Source: Bacteroidetes bacterium 43-16 (GTDB lineage: Bacteria; Bacteroidota; Bacteroidia; Chitinophagales; Chitinophagaceae). Taken from it: a DNA stretch of 64,000 nt. The notes beneath the pieces are model-generated. The model did no database searches. It was given only the letters and a program-made list of their open reading frames with translations, and was not told where the DNA came from. Below, piece by piece: positions 47,758 to 57,246 of the stretch. Location of the stretch: NCBI GenBank assembly GCA_001897525.1, contig MKTB01000024.1:1480-65479 (forward strand). The letters run 5' to 3'. Position 1 is the stretch's first letter. The number at the start of each line of letters is the position of its first letter. The position numbers were made by a program, and so were the translations under genes.

Positions 47758-47917
47758 GATGTATCTATAAAATTTGCGCAAAGGTAATGCTTATCTAAAT
47801 ATTTAATACAGAATTTAAAAGAGCGAAATAAAGCAGATGTTAAGTTTTGAATATTTGATTTCCCTGTTTTGTAAAATGAAATACCTTTGCGTTGATTTTC
47901 ATTCAATTCATTGAACA

Positions 47918-49039
47918 ATGACAAAGTTTTTACTTTCAATTTCCTTGGCTGCTTTAAGTTTGGGAGCTTTTGCCCAGGCACCATCCGGTTATTACACCGA
48001 TACGGCGGGTTTAACCGGTTATGCATTAAAAACCAGGTTGCACAATATCATCAAAACAGGTCATAACGATCGCGGCTACAGCCAGTTGTATGAAGGATAC
48101 AAGACCACAGATAAAGACCGCTATTACGAAAATGACGGTACCCTTTTGGACCTGTATTCGGAAAAACCAAATGGTACAGAATATAGTTATAGCCTGACGG
48201 CTACCAGTGACCGTTGTGGTAATTATGCCAACGAGGGAGACTGCTTCAACAGGGAACATACAGTACCGCAGAGCCTGTTCAACTCTGCTTCCCCGATGAA
48301 GAACGACATTCTTTTCGTGATCCCTACAGATGGAAAGGTAAACGGTCAAAGAGGCAATATACCTTATGGTAAAGTGAGCGCACCCAACTGGACCTCTACA
48401 AACGGGACTAAACGTGGCCCGAATGTGAGCGGCGGATACAGCGGAACGGTATTTGAACCCATTGATGAATTCAAAGGAGATTTCGCCCGTACCGTATTTT
48501 ATTTCGCTACCCGCTACCAGGATAAGATCCCTAACTTTTCACAAGGAAATATACTGGACGGTACTTCTTCCCGGAGTTTGCAACAATGGCAGGTAGACCT
48601 CTTCCTGGAATGGCACCACCAGGACCCGGTAAGCCAGAGAGAGATCGACAGGAACAATGCGGCTTACACCTACCAGGGCAACAGGAACCCGTTTGTAGAT
48701 CATCCGGCCTGGGTGGACTGCATCTGGGCGGGCCAGAATTGTGGCTCCCCGGTGGATACTACGCCTCCTACGGCAATCCATAAGATTGCTTTACAAAACA
48801 GCATTGACCTCTACCCTAACCCGGCAAGTTCTTCCTTCCAGATCTATGTGAAAGAGCACAACAAAATGACCGGTTTAAGTATTATAGCCATAGATGGAAG
48901 ACAAGTATATAGCGAAAGCAATACTTACAACAACCAGGAACCGGTAACTGTAACTATTCAATCCTTAAATACAGGTATGTATTTTGTGCATATCTATACG
49001 GAGCAAGGAACTATTGTGAAGAAACTGTTCAAGCAATAG
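47918..49039 (+). CDS. Secreted endonuclease I family nuclease with T9SS type A CTD
   Basis: NREHTVPQS, FEPIDEFKGDFAR, WHHQDPVSQREIDRNN, QGNRNPFVDHP; CTD LYPNPAS...GMYFV...KKLFKQ. Confidence 0.93.
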   Translation: MTKFLLSISLAALSLGAFAQAPSGYYTDTAGLTGYALKTRLHNIIKTGHNDRGYSQLYEGYKTTDKDRYYENDGTLLDLYSEKPNGTEYSYSLTATSDRCGNYANEGDCFNREHTVPQSLFNSASPMKNDILFVIPTDGKVNGQRGNIPYGKVSAPNWTSTNGTKRGPNVSGGYSGTVFEPIDEFKGDFARTVFYFATRYQDKIPNFSQGNILDGTSSRSLQQWQVDLFLEWHHQDPVSQREIDRNNAAYTYQGNRNPFVDHPAWVDCIWAGQNCGSPVDTTPPTAIHKIALQNSIDLYPNPASSSFQIYVKEHNKMTGLSIIAIDGRQVYSESNTYNNQEPVTVTIQSLNTGMYFVHIYTEQGTIVKKLFKQ

Positions 49040-49142
49040 AGACGTAATACTTTATTTGACCATAGAAAGGGTTGTCGGTTTATATAGCCGGCAACTCTTT
49101 TTCATTAAGGCCATAGTGCACATTGCGCATCATTGAGCAAAT

Positions 49143-49190
49143 GAAATGAGCCGGGTAATCTCTGAAATAATGATGAGATTGCTCCATTTC
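49143..49190. repeat. Degenerate REP-like palindrome
   Basis: GAAATG..GGGTAATCTC-N12-GAGATTGCTC-CATTTC. Confidence 0.5.
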
Positions 49191-49233
49191 GCTGCGCTAC
49201 CGTCGAAAAGTAGAAGGAGTTAATTAAGGGAAT

Positions 49234-49324
49234 AGTGAAGAGTGAAGAGGGAAGAGGGAAGAGTGAGAAGTGAGAAGTGAAGAGTGAAAAGTGATAAGTG
49301 ATAAGTGATAAGTGGGAAGTGATA
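49234..49324 (+). repeat. Heptamer tandem array (13 units, AGTGAWR-like)
   Basis: agtgaag x2, agggaag x2, agtgaga x2, agtgaag, agtgaaa, agtgata x3, agtggga, agtgata. Confidence 0.9.
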
Positions 49325-49445
49325 GGTAAATTAACGCTATCATTAACCATCAATGAATAACTAACCATCAACAATTAACAATTAAAAAAAAGCACAATGG
49401 GCTAACCTTACGGCCAGCCCATTAGTATATCATATAAAGAACAGC

Positions 49446-51074
49446 TTATGCGTTCACTTTATTCAGTTCTTCACGTTGAGCACTTACTCTTTCGTCTGAA
49501 ATATATTCATCAAAAGACATCTCTTTATCCAACAAACCGTTTGGTGAAATTTCAATGATCCTGTCTGCTACAGTTTGCGTCAGTTCATGGTCACGGGAGG
49601 TAAAGATAATGGTACCTTTAAAGTCTCTCATACCATTATTCAAAGCAGTAATAGATTCCAGGTCTAAGTGGTTCGTAGGCTCATCAAACATCAGCAGGTT
49701 GCCTTTGGTCATCATCATACGGCTCAGCATACAACGCACTTTTTCTCCTCCGGAAAGTACATTACATTTCTTCAAAGTCTCTTCACCTGAAAACAACATT
49801 CTACCCAGGAAACCGCGTATAAATGTTTCATCTTTTTCTTCTGAATACTGGCGTAACCAGTCGATCAGGTTCAAGTCAACGCCTTCAAAGTATTCGGTAT
49901 TATCGCCCGGAAGGTAAGCCGGTGTGATGGTTACCCCCCATTTGAATTCGCCTTCAAAATCGGTATCCTCACCGGAAAGAATCTTATAAAATGCAGTTGT
50001 AGCTAAAGAGTTATCAGAAAGTACAGAAAGCTTTTGTCCGCGTTTCATATCAAAAGAAACATCTTTGAACAAATACTCTCCGTTCATTTTTTTACCTAAA
50101 CCTTTCACTTCAAGGATCTGGTCTCCGGCCTCGCGCACCTGGTTATTGAACAGGATAGCCGGGTATTTACGGGTAGAAGCCACCATATCTTCCAGCTTGA
50201 TCTTATCCAGGGCTTTCTTACGGGAAGTTGCCTGTTTGGATTTAGAGGCATTGGCAGAGAAACGGGCAATAAATTCTTTTAATTCCGCAATTTTATCTTC
50301 TGCTTTTTTATTGGAATCGGTACGTTGCTTCAGCAACAATTGGCTGGACTCATACCAGAAGGAGTAGTTACCGGTAAATATGGAGATCTTTCCGAAATCG
50401 ATATCTGCAACGTGGGTACACACGGTATCCAGGAAGTGACGGTCATGCGATACCACCAATACGATCTTATCATAATCGGCCAGGAAGTTTTCCAGCCAGC
50501 CGATCGTTTGCAGATCCAGGTCATTCGTAGGCTCATCGAGCAGGAGAATGTCCGGGTTACCGAATAAAGCCTGTGCCAATAGCACACGTACTTTCTCGTT
50601 ACCGTCTAATTCCTGTACAGTTTTATAGTGCTTATCTTCTGTTACGCCCAGGTTGCTCAACAAGGTAGCTGCATCACTTTCTGCATTCCAGCCGTCCATT
50701 TCAGCAAAAATACCTTCCAGTTCTCCGGCACGCAATCCATCTTCTTCTGTGAAATCTTCTTTGGCATACAAAGCATCTTTCTCATCCATAATACGGAACA
50801 GCTCCTGGTTGCCCATCATTACGGTCTGCAACACCGGGGTTTCATTATATTTATGGTGATCCTGCTTTAACACGCTCATACGCATACCCTTGGAGATATC
50901 TACTTTACCAGAAGTAGGATCGATCTCACCGGATAATATTTTTATAAAAGTAGACTTACCGGCACCGTTGGCACCAATAATTCCATAACAATTCCCTTCT
51001 GTAAATTTAATATTTACGTCTTCAAACAATATACGCTTCCCAAAGCGAAGGGAGAGATTATTTACATTAATCAT
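49446..51074 (-). CDS. ABC-F family ATPase (YbiT/YkpA-like)
   Basis: Two NBDs (GANGAGKS...LLLDEPTNDLD; LSGGE...MFDEPTNHLD), inter-domain linker, no TM segments. Confidence 0.93.
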   Translation of the reverse strand: MINVNNLSLRFGKRILFEDVNIKFTEGNCYGIIGANGAGKSTFIKILSGEIDPTSGKVDISKGMRMSVLKQDHHKYNETPVLQTVMMGNQELFRIMDEKDALYAKEDFTEEDGLRAGELEGIFAEMDGWNAESDAATLLSNLGVTEDKHYKTVQELDGNEKVRVLLAQALFGNPDILLLDEPTNDLDLQTIGWLENFLADYDKIVLVVSHDRHFLDTVCTHVADIDFGKISIFTGNYSFWYESSQLLLKQRTDSNKKAEDKIAELKEFIARFSANASKSKQATSRKKALDKIKLEDMVASTRKYPAILFNNQVREAGDQILEVKGLGKKMNGEYLFKDVSFDMKRGQKLSVLSDNSLATTAFYKILSGEDTDFEGEFKWGVTITPAYLPGDNTEYFEGVDLNLIDWLRQYSEEKDETFIRGFLGRMLFSGEETLKKCNVLSGGEKVRCMLSRMMMTKGNLLMFDEPTNHLDLESITALNNGMRDFKGTIIFTSRDHELTQTVADRIIEISPNGLLDKEMSFDEYISDERVSAQREELNKVNA

Positions 51075-51238
51075 TTTTGGCTGAAAATTTGAGGTGCAAA
51101 GGTACGATTAATATTATGAAGTTTAAAGTATTTAATAGGAATGCATCTCCCGGTTTATGACCGCCTTAAGACATTTATCAAGCCTTAGTTCCACGCTTTT
51201 CGGTACATTTGTACCTGAAAAAATCTAATGCGGCAAAA

Positions 51239-52072
51239 ATGAATAGTCCATATTCGAGAGCGGAGCTTGCAGCTATCATCAGCAAGCGGCTTACAGCAGA
51301 AAAGGAAGCTTTAAAAAGTGAATTCCAGGCCAAAGGAAGGATCAGCACCTGCTATATCGACAACCTGTTTCCCGAGGCGATCGCAAAGGCCATTTACGAG
51401 GCTTTTCCAAGTGCAGAACAAATGGGTGAGCATCGCTCCATCAGGGAGTATAAAAAGGTGGCTGCACAAATGAACCTGTACCACCCGCTGTTAGAGGAAG
51501 CGATCTATGCCTTCCAGCAACCGGAGGTAGTGGCGATCTGTGAAGAGATCACCGGCATTCCCGGCATGAGCCCCGATGAGCATTTATATGCCGGTGGTAT
51601 CAGCCTGATGTCGCAAGGCAATTTCCTCAACCCGCACCTCGACAATTCTCATGATAATCACCAGGAAAAATACAGGGTGCTCAACCTGCTTTATTACGTA
51701 TCCCCGGGATGGAAACTGGAGCATGGCGGCAATCTTGAACTCTGGGACCAGGGGCCGGATAAGCCGCAGCGCACTTTAGTATCGGCCTTTAACCGTTTAG
51801 CCTTAATGGTCACGCATAAAACGTCCATTCACTCGGTAAGTAAGGTTACTGTAGATGCCAGCAGATGTTGTGTGTCCAACTATTACTTCTCAGAAACTCC
51901 TGTCGCTGCACAAGACTATTTTCATGTCACGAGCTTTTATGGAAGACCCGAAGAGCCGGTAAAAAAGATCTTACTGGCACTGGACCGGAACCTGAGAAAT
52001 ATAGTACGCAAGATCAGCGGAAAAAGAGTAGTACCTACCAAGCATATTTACAAAAAAGATAAAGACCAGTAA
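51239..52072 (+). CDS. 2OG-Fe(II) oxygenase
   Basis: LNPHLD (HxD), NLLYY, GGNLELWD, SIH, SRC; ATG 51239 (the track's TTG lies inside a TACATTTG promoter element). Confidence 0.85.
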   Translation: MNSPYSRAELAAIISKRLTAEKEALKSEFQAKGRISTCYIDNLFPEAIAKAIYEAFPSAEQMGEHRSIREYKKVAAQMNLYHPLLEEAIYAFQQPEVVAICEEITGIPGMSPDEHLYAGGISLMSQGNFLNPHLDNSHDNHQEKYRVLNLLYYVSPGWKLEHGGNLELWDQGPDKPQRTLVSAFNRLALMVTHKTSIHSVSKVTVDASRCCVSNYYFSETPVAAQDYFHVTSFYGRPEEPVKKILLALDRNLRNIVRKISGKRVVPTKHIYKKDKDQ

Positions 52073-52085
52073 TACTGGTCTTTAT

Positions 52086-52640
52086 TTATTGCGGCATAGC
52101 CTTAATGACATTATCGATCTGTGCAAAGTGCCGGGTCTGGTGATTGACCACCACCCGGAAGGTATCTCCCAGTCTTAATTTGATCAGTTTTGAAATACTG
52201 ACACTGGTCTTTATTCTGGAAAGATCATAATGCTTTGCTTCCTCTACCAGTTGATGCAGTGAAACAAGCTGCTGTTCAAAGTTTTCCAGTAATACACTAT
52301 CTAAATGGCTGTTCAAAGGATTCATTTCTTTGAAGGTATTCATCTTATTCAGTTTCTCCTTGGGCAGCATGGCATTTGCAAAATAGTTGCCCAGCCAGCC
52401 CGACTTAAAATGAACATTGGGTTTGGCCACAGCAGTACTTATTTTAGTCCTGATCTCCGGGATATAAAAATCATTATACCGTTTAAGGTGTTCTATACAT
52501 TCCAGTACCGACCAGCTTTCGGTACGCTCTCTCCAGTTCAGGGCTTCATAAGATAAACTATTCAGCTCCTGAGTTTGCTTTATCTGCCTGTCTAAATCTG
52601 TCTTTAATTGAGTCAAAAGATGTTCTGTTGCTATTTTCAT
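52086..52640 (-). CDS. DinB family protein
   Basis: WSVLECIEHL, C-terminal VVNHQTRHFAQ (His metal ligands). Confidence 0.9.
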   Translation of the reverse strand: MKIATEHLLTQLKTDLDRQIKQTQELNSLSYEALNWRERTESWSVLECIEHLKRYNDFYIPEIRTKISTAVAKPNVHFKSGWLGNYFANAMLPKEKLNKMNTFKEMNPLNSHLDSVLLENFEQQLVSLHQLVEEAKHYDLSRIKTSVSISKLIKLRLGDTFRVVVNHQTRHFAQIDNVIKAMPQ

Positions 52641-52686
52641 TTGTTGCTATTTCTCTGCAAATTGCTTATAAATATAATCAAAAAAA

Positions 52687-52700
52687 ATGATCGTAATCAA
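52687..52700 (-). promoter_or_regulatory. FNR/Crp-like box overlapping the crp stop codon
   Basis: Minus strand TTGAT-TACG-ATCAT versus consensus TTGAT-N4-ATCAA. Confidence 0.55.
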
Positions 52701-53233
52701 GACTTTTGCAATCTCGATAAAGTCTCGGGGGTCATTCTTAAATAATTAGCGATATACTTTTGGGGGACTTCCTGGAAAAGTTGCGGACTGCGCTCCAGCA
52801 CTCTCTGGTACCGTACTTTAGGCTCTGTGATCAACAGATCAATTTCCCGTTCCATTTGCTGTAATACTAAGGATTCTATGATAGCTTTCCAGAGTTCCTG
52901 CCTTTCTGTACTACTGTTCCAGAAACGCAGCATTGCTGTTTTGGGAATAACGAAAACTGTCGTTTGCCGGATGGCTTCCATACTGTATATTGTAGCTGCC
53001 CCGGTAAGGTAGGCATCCAGCGCTGTGATCAGGCTGCCGGTATAGCCAAAGCGTATGATCTGCCCGGCATCCTGCCCCAGGTCACAACTCACGAGGACAC
53101 AGCCTTCTTTAATAAAATATACCTCCGTAGCCACCGCTCCGGCCCTGAACAGGTAATCGCCACGCTTAAAAACCCGAACAGTCTGAGTAATGCCAAATTC
53201 CTCCAACTGTTGCACAATAAATTGTGTATCCAT
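52697..53233 (-). CDS. Crp/Fnr family transcriptional regulator
   Basis: cNMP-binding fold (VYFIKEG), RYQRVLERSPQLFQEVPQKYIANYLRMTPETLSR HTH. Confidence 0.92.
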   Translation of the reverse strand: MDTQFIVQQLEEFGITQTVRVFKRGDYLFRAGAVATEVYFIKEGCVLVSCDLGQDAGQIIRFGYTGSLITALDAYLTGAATIYSMEAIRQTTVFVIPKTAMLRFWNSSTERQELWKAIIESLVLQQMEREIDLLITEPKVRYQRVLERSPQLFQEVPQKYIANYLRMTPETLSRLQKS

Positions 53234-53257
53234 TGTCTGCCTGAAAAAAATATTTAC

Positions 53258-53539
53258 TTAGAACAATACATCTTTCAGGTCTTCATTTTTATCAAAAACG
53301 CTCTTTGCAAAGGGGCAAAGCGGCATGATGCGGATGCCCTTTTCCCTGGCAAAATCAACCGCAGCTAAAACCATTATTTTACCTACTCCTTTACCACTGA
53401 ACTCAGGGTCTACATCGGTATGATCGATAATGATCTTATCGTCACCCGCCCAGGTATAAGTGATCTCCCCGGCCTTTGTCTCTCCTTCAAATGCTTCAAA
53501 TGCTCCTTTTGCTCCTGATTCAACTTGTGTAACTTCCAT
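53258..53539 (-). CDS. Small GNAT-like acetyltransferase (YjdJ-like)
   Basis: IIDHTDVDPEFSGKGVG, IMPLCPFA. Confidence 0.9.
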   Translation of the reverse strand: MEVTQVESGAKGAFEAFEGETKAGEITYTWAGDDKIIIDHTDVDPEFSGKGVGKIMVLAAVDFAREKGIRIMPLCPFAKSVFDKNEDLKDVLF

Positions 53540-53809
53540 TGCTTTTATTTTGAGGTTAATTTAGGTCTCAAATTTACACAAAAACGGGATGGAATAAAGT
53601 AGTGCACTGTTAAAAAAACAGCCAAAATAATTATAGGCCGGGGCCCCAGAACACATCATTAATTATTTGATTATCAATAAATAAAATTCAATCCAACCCA
53701 GATTTTTAAGTGTAGTAAAACAGGAAGCAGCTCCTTGAAATGGACTTATAAAATAAAAAAGTCGTATCTATTAAAAGATACGACTGTGCGCTGCAATGAG
53801 CCGGTACAA

Positions 53810-54268
53810 CTATTCTCCATTATAAGCTTTACGCTTAAAAATATAGCGGGTAATAAAAATGCCTTTACCGTCATGCTCTCCTGCATCGGATTCTACCCCT
53901 GAAGCAATATGTGATAACTCCCAGCCTTCTTTAGCCAGTTCGTTCATTTTTGTTTGAATAATGGCATCATTAGAGGCAATATTTTGAAAATTGATCCCCA
54001 CTCCACTGTAAAAGTTCAACAAGCGTGTCTCCCCGAAATTATCAATTTTAGCCTCTTTACGCCCACCCTTCAGATTGGAGGTACTGCCATTGGTACGATC
54101 AGCACTGATCAGGTTGGCCTCTTCTTTATTTTCGACCATAATAGACCGTCCCACACCCATAGGTACGATAGATTCTACTGAGGTCAACACCTTGTATTCC
54201 ACTTTTTGTGCAAAAGCCGCCAGGCCCGCCATTAATAAACCTACTGCTGTTAAAGTTACTTTCTTCAT
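53810..54268 (-). CDS. Conserved exported hypothetical protein (DUF4177-like C-terminus)
   Basis: Signal peptide; MNELAKEGWEL...RYIFKR; followed by terminator gtcgtatct/agatacgac (53761-53784). Confidence 0.6.
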   Translation of the reverse strand: MKKVTLTAVGLLMAGLAAFAQKVEYKVLTSVESIVPMGVGRSIMVENKEEANLISADRTNGSTSNLKGGRKEAKIDNFGETRLLNFYSGVGINFQNIASNDAIIQTKMNELAKEGWELSHIASGVESDAGEHDGKGIFITRYIFKRKAYNGE

Positions 54269-54487
54269 AAAAATTGTATTGAATGATTGTTGTGGCCTTT
54301 TGACTGAAATCAGGTAAAAAAGTTAAACAGTACAATAATTTTTTTTTAATAAGCTAAGCGATTCTGTTGCAAAGACCTATAAACTCAAAAGAGCAAAGAA
54401 AGAGCCAGGACTCAGTACCAAAGAATTGTCGCACTGGAATACATTACAAATTATCATAAATTTACACTAACTAAACATTCATTTATT

Positions 54488-56434
54488 ATGAAAAAAGCAC
54501 TACTTACTTTCTTTGCTTTACTGCTGCTTACATGGTCTGGCAAAGTGTACAGCCAGCAAGTTCCGGACAATACCAAAGGCCGACTCTGGGGTTTATGTAA
54601 GGTCTGGGGCTACATGAAGTACTACCACCCGAACACCTGCCAGGTGAACTGGGACAGCCTGATCAGGGAGAATGTGACACTTGTGGCTACTGCTACCAGT
54701 AATACCGATTATAATACATATATGATCAATATGCTGAATTACCTGGGACAGATCACGCCACAGCAGGCTACCGTGCCTCCTCCCCAGGACAGCAATCTTA
54801 ACCTGCAACTGGACTGGATCGCTCAAAGTAATTTCTCACAGTCGGTACAGGATTTTCTTGAAACTTTTAAAAGTCGTGCAGGCACTAATGTGGCACTTGC
54901 CTGCCGTTTACAATTCAATGATTACTCTGATCCGAATTATATCTCTATGGTCGATTTCCGGGATGATATAGCTCATTCAAATTTTAATTTAACCCTACTA
55001 AAAGACCGGCTTACCTTTACTTTTAATTACTGGAATGCCTTTAACTATTTTGGCCCTTACCGCAATCTTACGGATACGCCCTGGGACACCACATTAATGC
55101 ATACTATAGACGACATGATCGCTGCTAACAATACACAAAGCTATCTAATGGCTATGGCGAAAATGCAGTCCAGGATAAACGACTCCCACGGCTCTTTCTA
55201 TGGTCCGGTATATGATTACTACTTAGGTGATGGTGCTGCAGGGATAGAATTCCGCTGGTATGAACAAAAGATTGTCGTGTATAAAATATACACTGGTCAG
55301 ACCGGACTGGCAGTAGGAGATGAACTGGTAGCAGTAGATGGAATACCCATTGCCGACATCGCGCTCCGCTACCGGGATCGTATTGCTGCCTCTAATGAGG
55401 CCGCATTTTACCGTGATTTCTGCCCACATTTGTCGCGGGATATTCTGAATACTAATAAAGTCTTGCAGCTAAGAAACAGTGCCGGGCAATTATACACGCT
55501 ACCGGTATCTTACCATTTGACTTATTCAGACTGGTACTACTGGAGTAAAAGCAAACAAAGCGGGCCGGCCTGGAGTACCGCCTGCAATGGATATGGTTAT
55601 GTGGATATGGACAAATTACTACTCGCTGAATGCGATCAAATGTACCAGGAATTAAAAACAAAACCGGGCATTATTTTTGATTGCCGCAATTATCCCAAAG
55701 GCACTATGTTCAATATTGCCAAATACCTGTTTGCTGAGCCGATTATTGCTGCACGATATTTCATTCCTGACCTAAGTGCTCCCGGACGATTTACCATTGG
55801 TAATGATGGGCAAAACCTGGGCACCTGGAATAATCCCAATCCCTATCCAGGCAAACTATACTTTATTGTAAACCAGGAAACACAGAGTCATGCGGAGTAC
55901 ACGGTACAATACCTGAGTAAAGCTGCTGATGCCACAGTTATTGGCACTCAAACTGCCGGGGCAGACGGAAACGTTAACTTAATTATGGACCCTAAGTTAA
56001 ACTATATGTACTTTACAGGACTAGGCTGGTATGATGAGGACTGGTACCAGTGTCAGCGCAACGGCATTAAAATTGACACCATAGTAGCCCCTACGATACA
56101 GGGCTTACGGGAAGGAAGGGATGAAATGCTGGAGTGGATCACTAAATGTACTACATCAATTAAAGACCCGGCTACCGGAATCGGACCACTGCAAATTATG
56201 CCTAACCCGGCAGGGGTAACGCTCAACATAAAATTCAATTCACCCAATAATTCCAATATTAAAATTACGGTCATAGACCTTGTCGGATCTGTAAAGATCA
56301 CAGCAGAGCAAAAAGCTACACCCGGTGAAAATACATACACACTGGGCTTAAGCAAGCTCGCACAGGGTGTTTACTTATTGAAAGTAAGCAGCAGCGATGG
56401 CAGTACCCGTACGGTAAAATTCGTCAAGCAATAG
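54488..56434 (+). CDS. S41 family peptidase with T9SS type A CTD
   Basis: LCKVWGYMKYYHP, PDZ-like GDELVAVDG, IIFDCRNYP, TQSHAEY, TAGADGN; CTD IMPNPAG...GVYLLKV...KFVKQ. Confidence 0.9.
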   Translation: MKKALLTFFALLLLTWSGKVYSQQVPDNTKGRLWGLCKVWGYMKYYHPNTCQVNWDSLIRENVTLVATATSNTDYNTYMINMLNYLGQITPQQATVPPPQDSNLNLQLDWIAQSNFSQSVQDFLETFKSRAGTNVALACRLQFNDYSDPNYISMVDFRDDIAHSNFNLTLLKDRLTFTFNYWNAFNYFGPYRNLTDTPWDTTLMHTIDDMIAANNTQSYLMAMAKMQSRINDSHGSFYGPVYDYYLGDGAAGIEFRWYEQKIVVYKIYTGQTGLAVGDELVAVDGIPIADIALRYRDRIAASNEAAFYRDFCPHLSRDILNTNKVLQLRNSAGQLYTLPVSYHLTYSDWYYWSKSKQSGPAWSTACNGYGYVDMDKLLLAECDQMYQELKTKPGIIFDCRNYPKGTMFNIAKYLFAEPIIAARYFIPDLSAPGRFTIGNDGQNLGTWNNPNPYPGKLYFIVNQETQSHAEYTVQYLSKAADATVIGTQTAGADGNVNLIMDPKLNYMYFTGLGWYDEDWYQCQRNGIKIDTIVAPTIQGLREGRDEMLEWITKCTTSIKDPATGIGPLQIMPNPAGVTLNIKFNSPNNSNIKITVIDLVGSVKITAEQKATPGENTYTLGLSKLAQGVYLLKVSSSDGSTRTVKFVKQ

Positions 56435-56458
56435 TCCCATTGCATATGCTTTAAAAAC

Positions 56459-56493
56459 AAATAGTCCCCGGCTCTGTAAGCCGGGGACTATTT
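56459..56493. terminator. Bidirectional intrinsic terminator
   Basis: aaatagtccccggct / agccggggactattt. Confidence 0.85.
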
Positions 56494-56579
56494 ATTCTAT
56501 TGCTGTTTCAGAACGAGGCAATGAAGGCTATACTGCTAGCCGCCAATAACAAACAATATACCTTTACGGTGTTTATTTA

Positions 56580-57056
56580 CTAATGATCATCATTTTTCAA
56601 ATAGAACTTAATTCGTTTGCTCTTTTTCCCTCTATTGCTCAGTGGATGCGGTGGTGGCGTATTAGGGCTACATTCCTCACAAAACTCCATATACCTTATC
56701 ATTACATGCCTTTCTTTAAAGGTCCGGCTGTAATCAATAAACATCCTGTCATGGCTAATGCCTTTCGATAAAAAATAAGCTCTTACTGCATTAGCTTCTT
56801 CCCATGCGATTTGCTGTCCCATTTCTGAATTAAAGTGATTACCGCCCATAATATATAACTTACAATATGGATAATGCTCCAATACGGACACGATACTATC
56901 CACAGTGGATTTTCCTTGCTTACTCAATTCAATTTTATCTTTCTTTAAGGCAATGTAACTTGACAAATCGGGGCAAGTGCTGCTCCTCTCTTGCGACCAG
57001 GCATTACTAAAAGTCAAAAACTTGAACAGGATGATTAAAAAAACATAAGGTTTCAT
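56580..57056 (-). CDS. Small exported protein with degenerate OmpA-like C-terminal domain
   Basis: Signal peptide; QQIAWEEANAVRAYFLSKGISHDRM resembles LSxxRAxxVxxYLxxxGIxxxR; ends PPPHPL. Confidence 0.55.
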   Translation of the reverse strand: MKPYVFLIILFKFLTFSNAWSQERSSTCPDLSSYIALKKDKIELSKQGKSTVDSIVSVLEHYPYCKLYIMGGNHFNSEMGQQIAWEEANAVRAYFLSKGISHDRMFIDYSRTFKERHVMIRYMEFCEECSPNTPPPHPLSNRGKKSKRIKFYLKNDDH

Positions 57057-57195
57057 AGTTGCAATAAATTAAAAGTTTTTGCTGTCTTCATCTGCTGATA
57101 ATTGCATCAACAAGAAAGCCATCTAATCATAATATGGTACAGATAATTTTAAATTTCGTCCCCGATACTAAAAATAAAAAGAACATAAATATAAC

Positions 57196-57226
57196 AAAAA
57201 AGTCCGCATCATAAAGATGCGGACTT
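57196..57226 (-). terminator. Terminator directly after atpA
   Basis: Minus strand agtccgcatc-tttat-gatgcggact followed by a T run. Confidence 0.85.
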
Positions 57227-57246
57227 CTGTATATTCAATTAATATA

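Noticed and set aside
49234-49324. Tandem array considered as CRISPR
   Set aside because: 7-nt units with no spacers and no cas genes. The 89-aa ORF 49105-49374 is only the translated repeat.
53655-53685. TTGATTATCAA near-palindrome (similar stretch at ~33407-33420) as an integration or operator site
   Set aside because: AT-rich context, short match, and no integrase, tRNA or direct repeats nearby.
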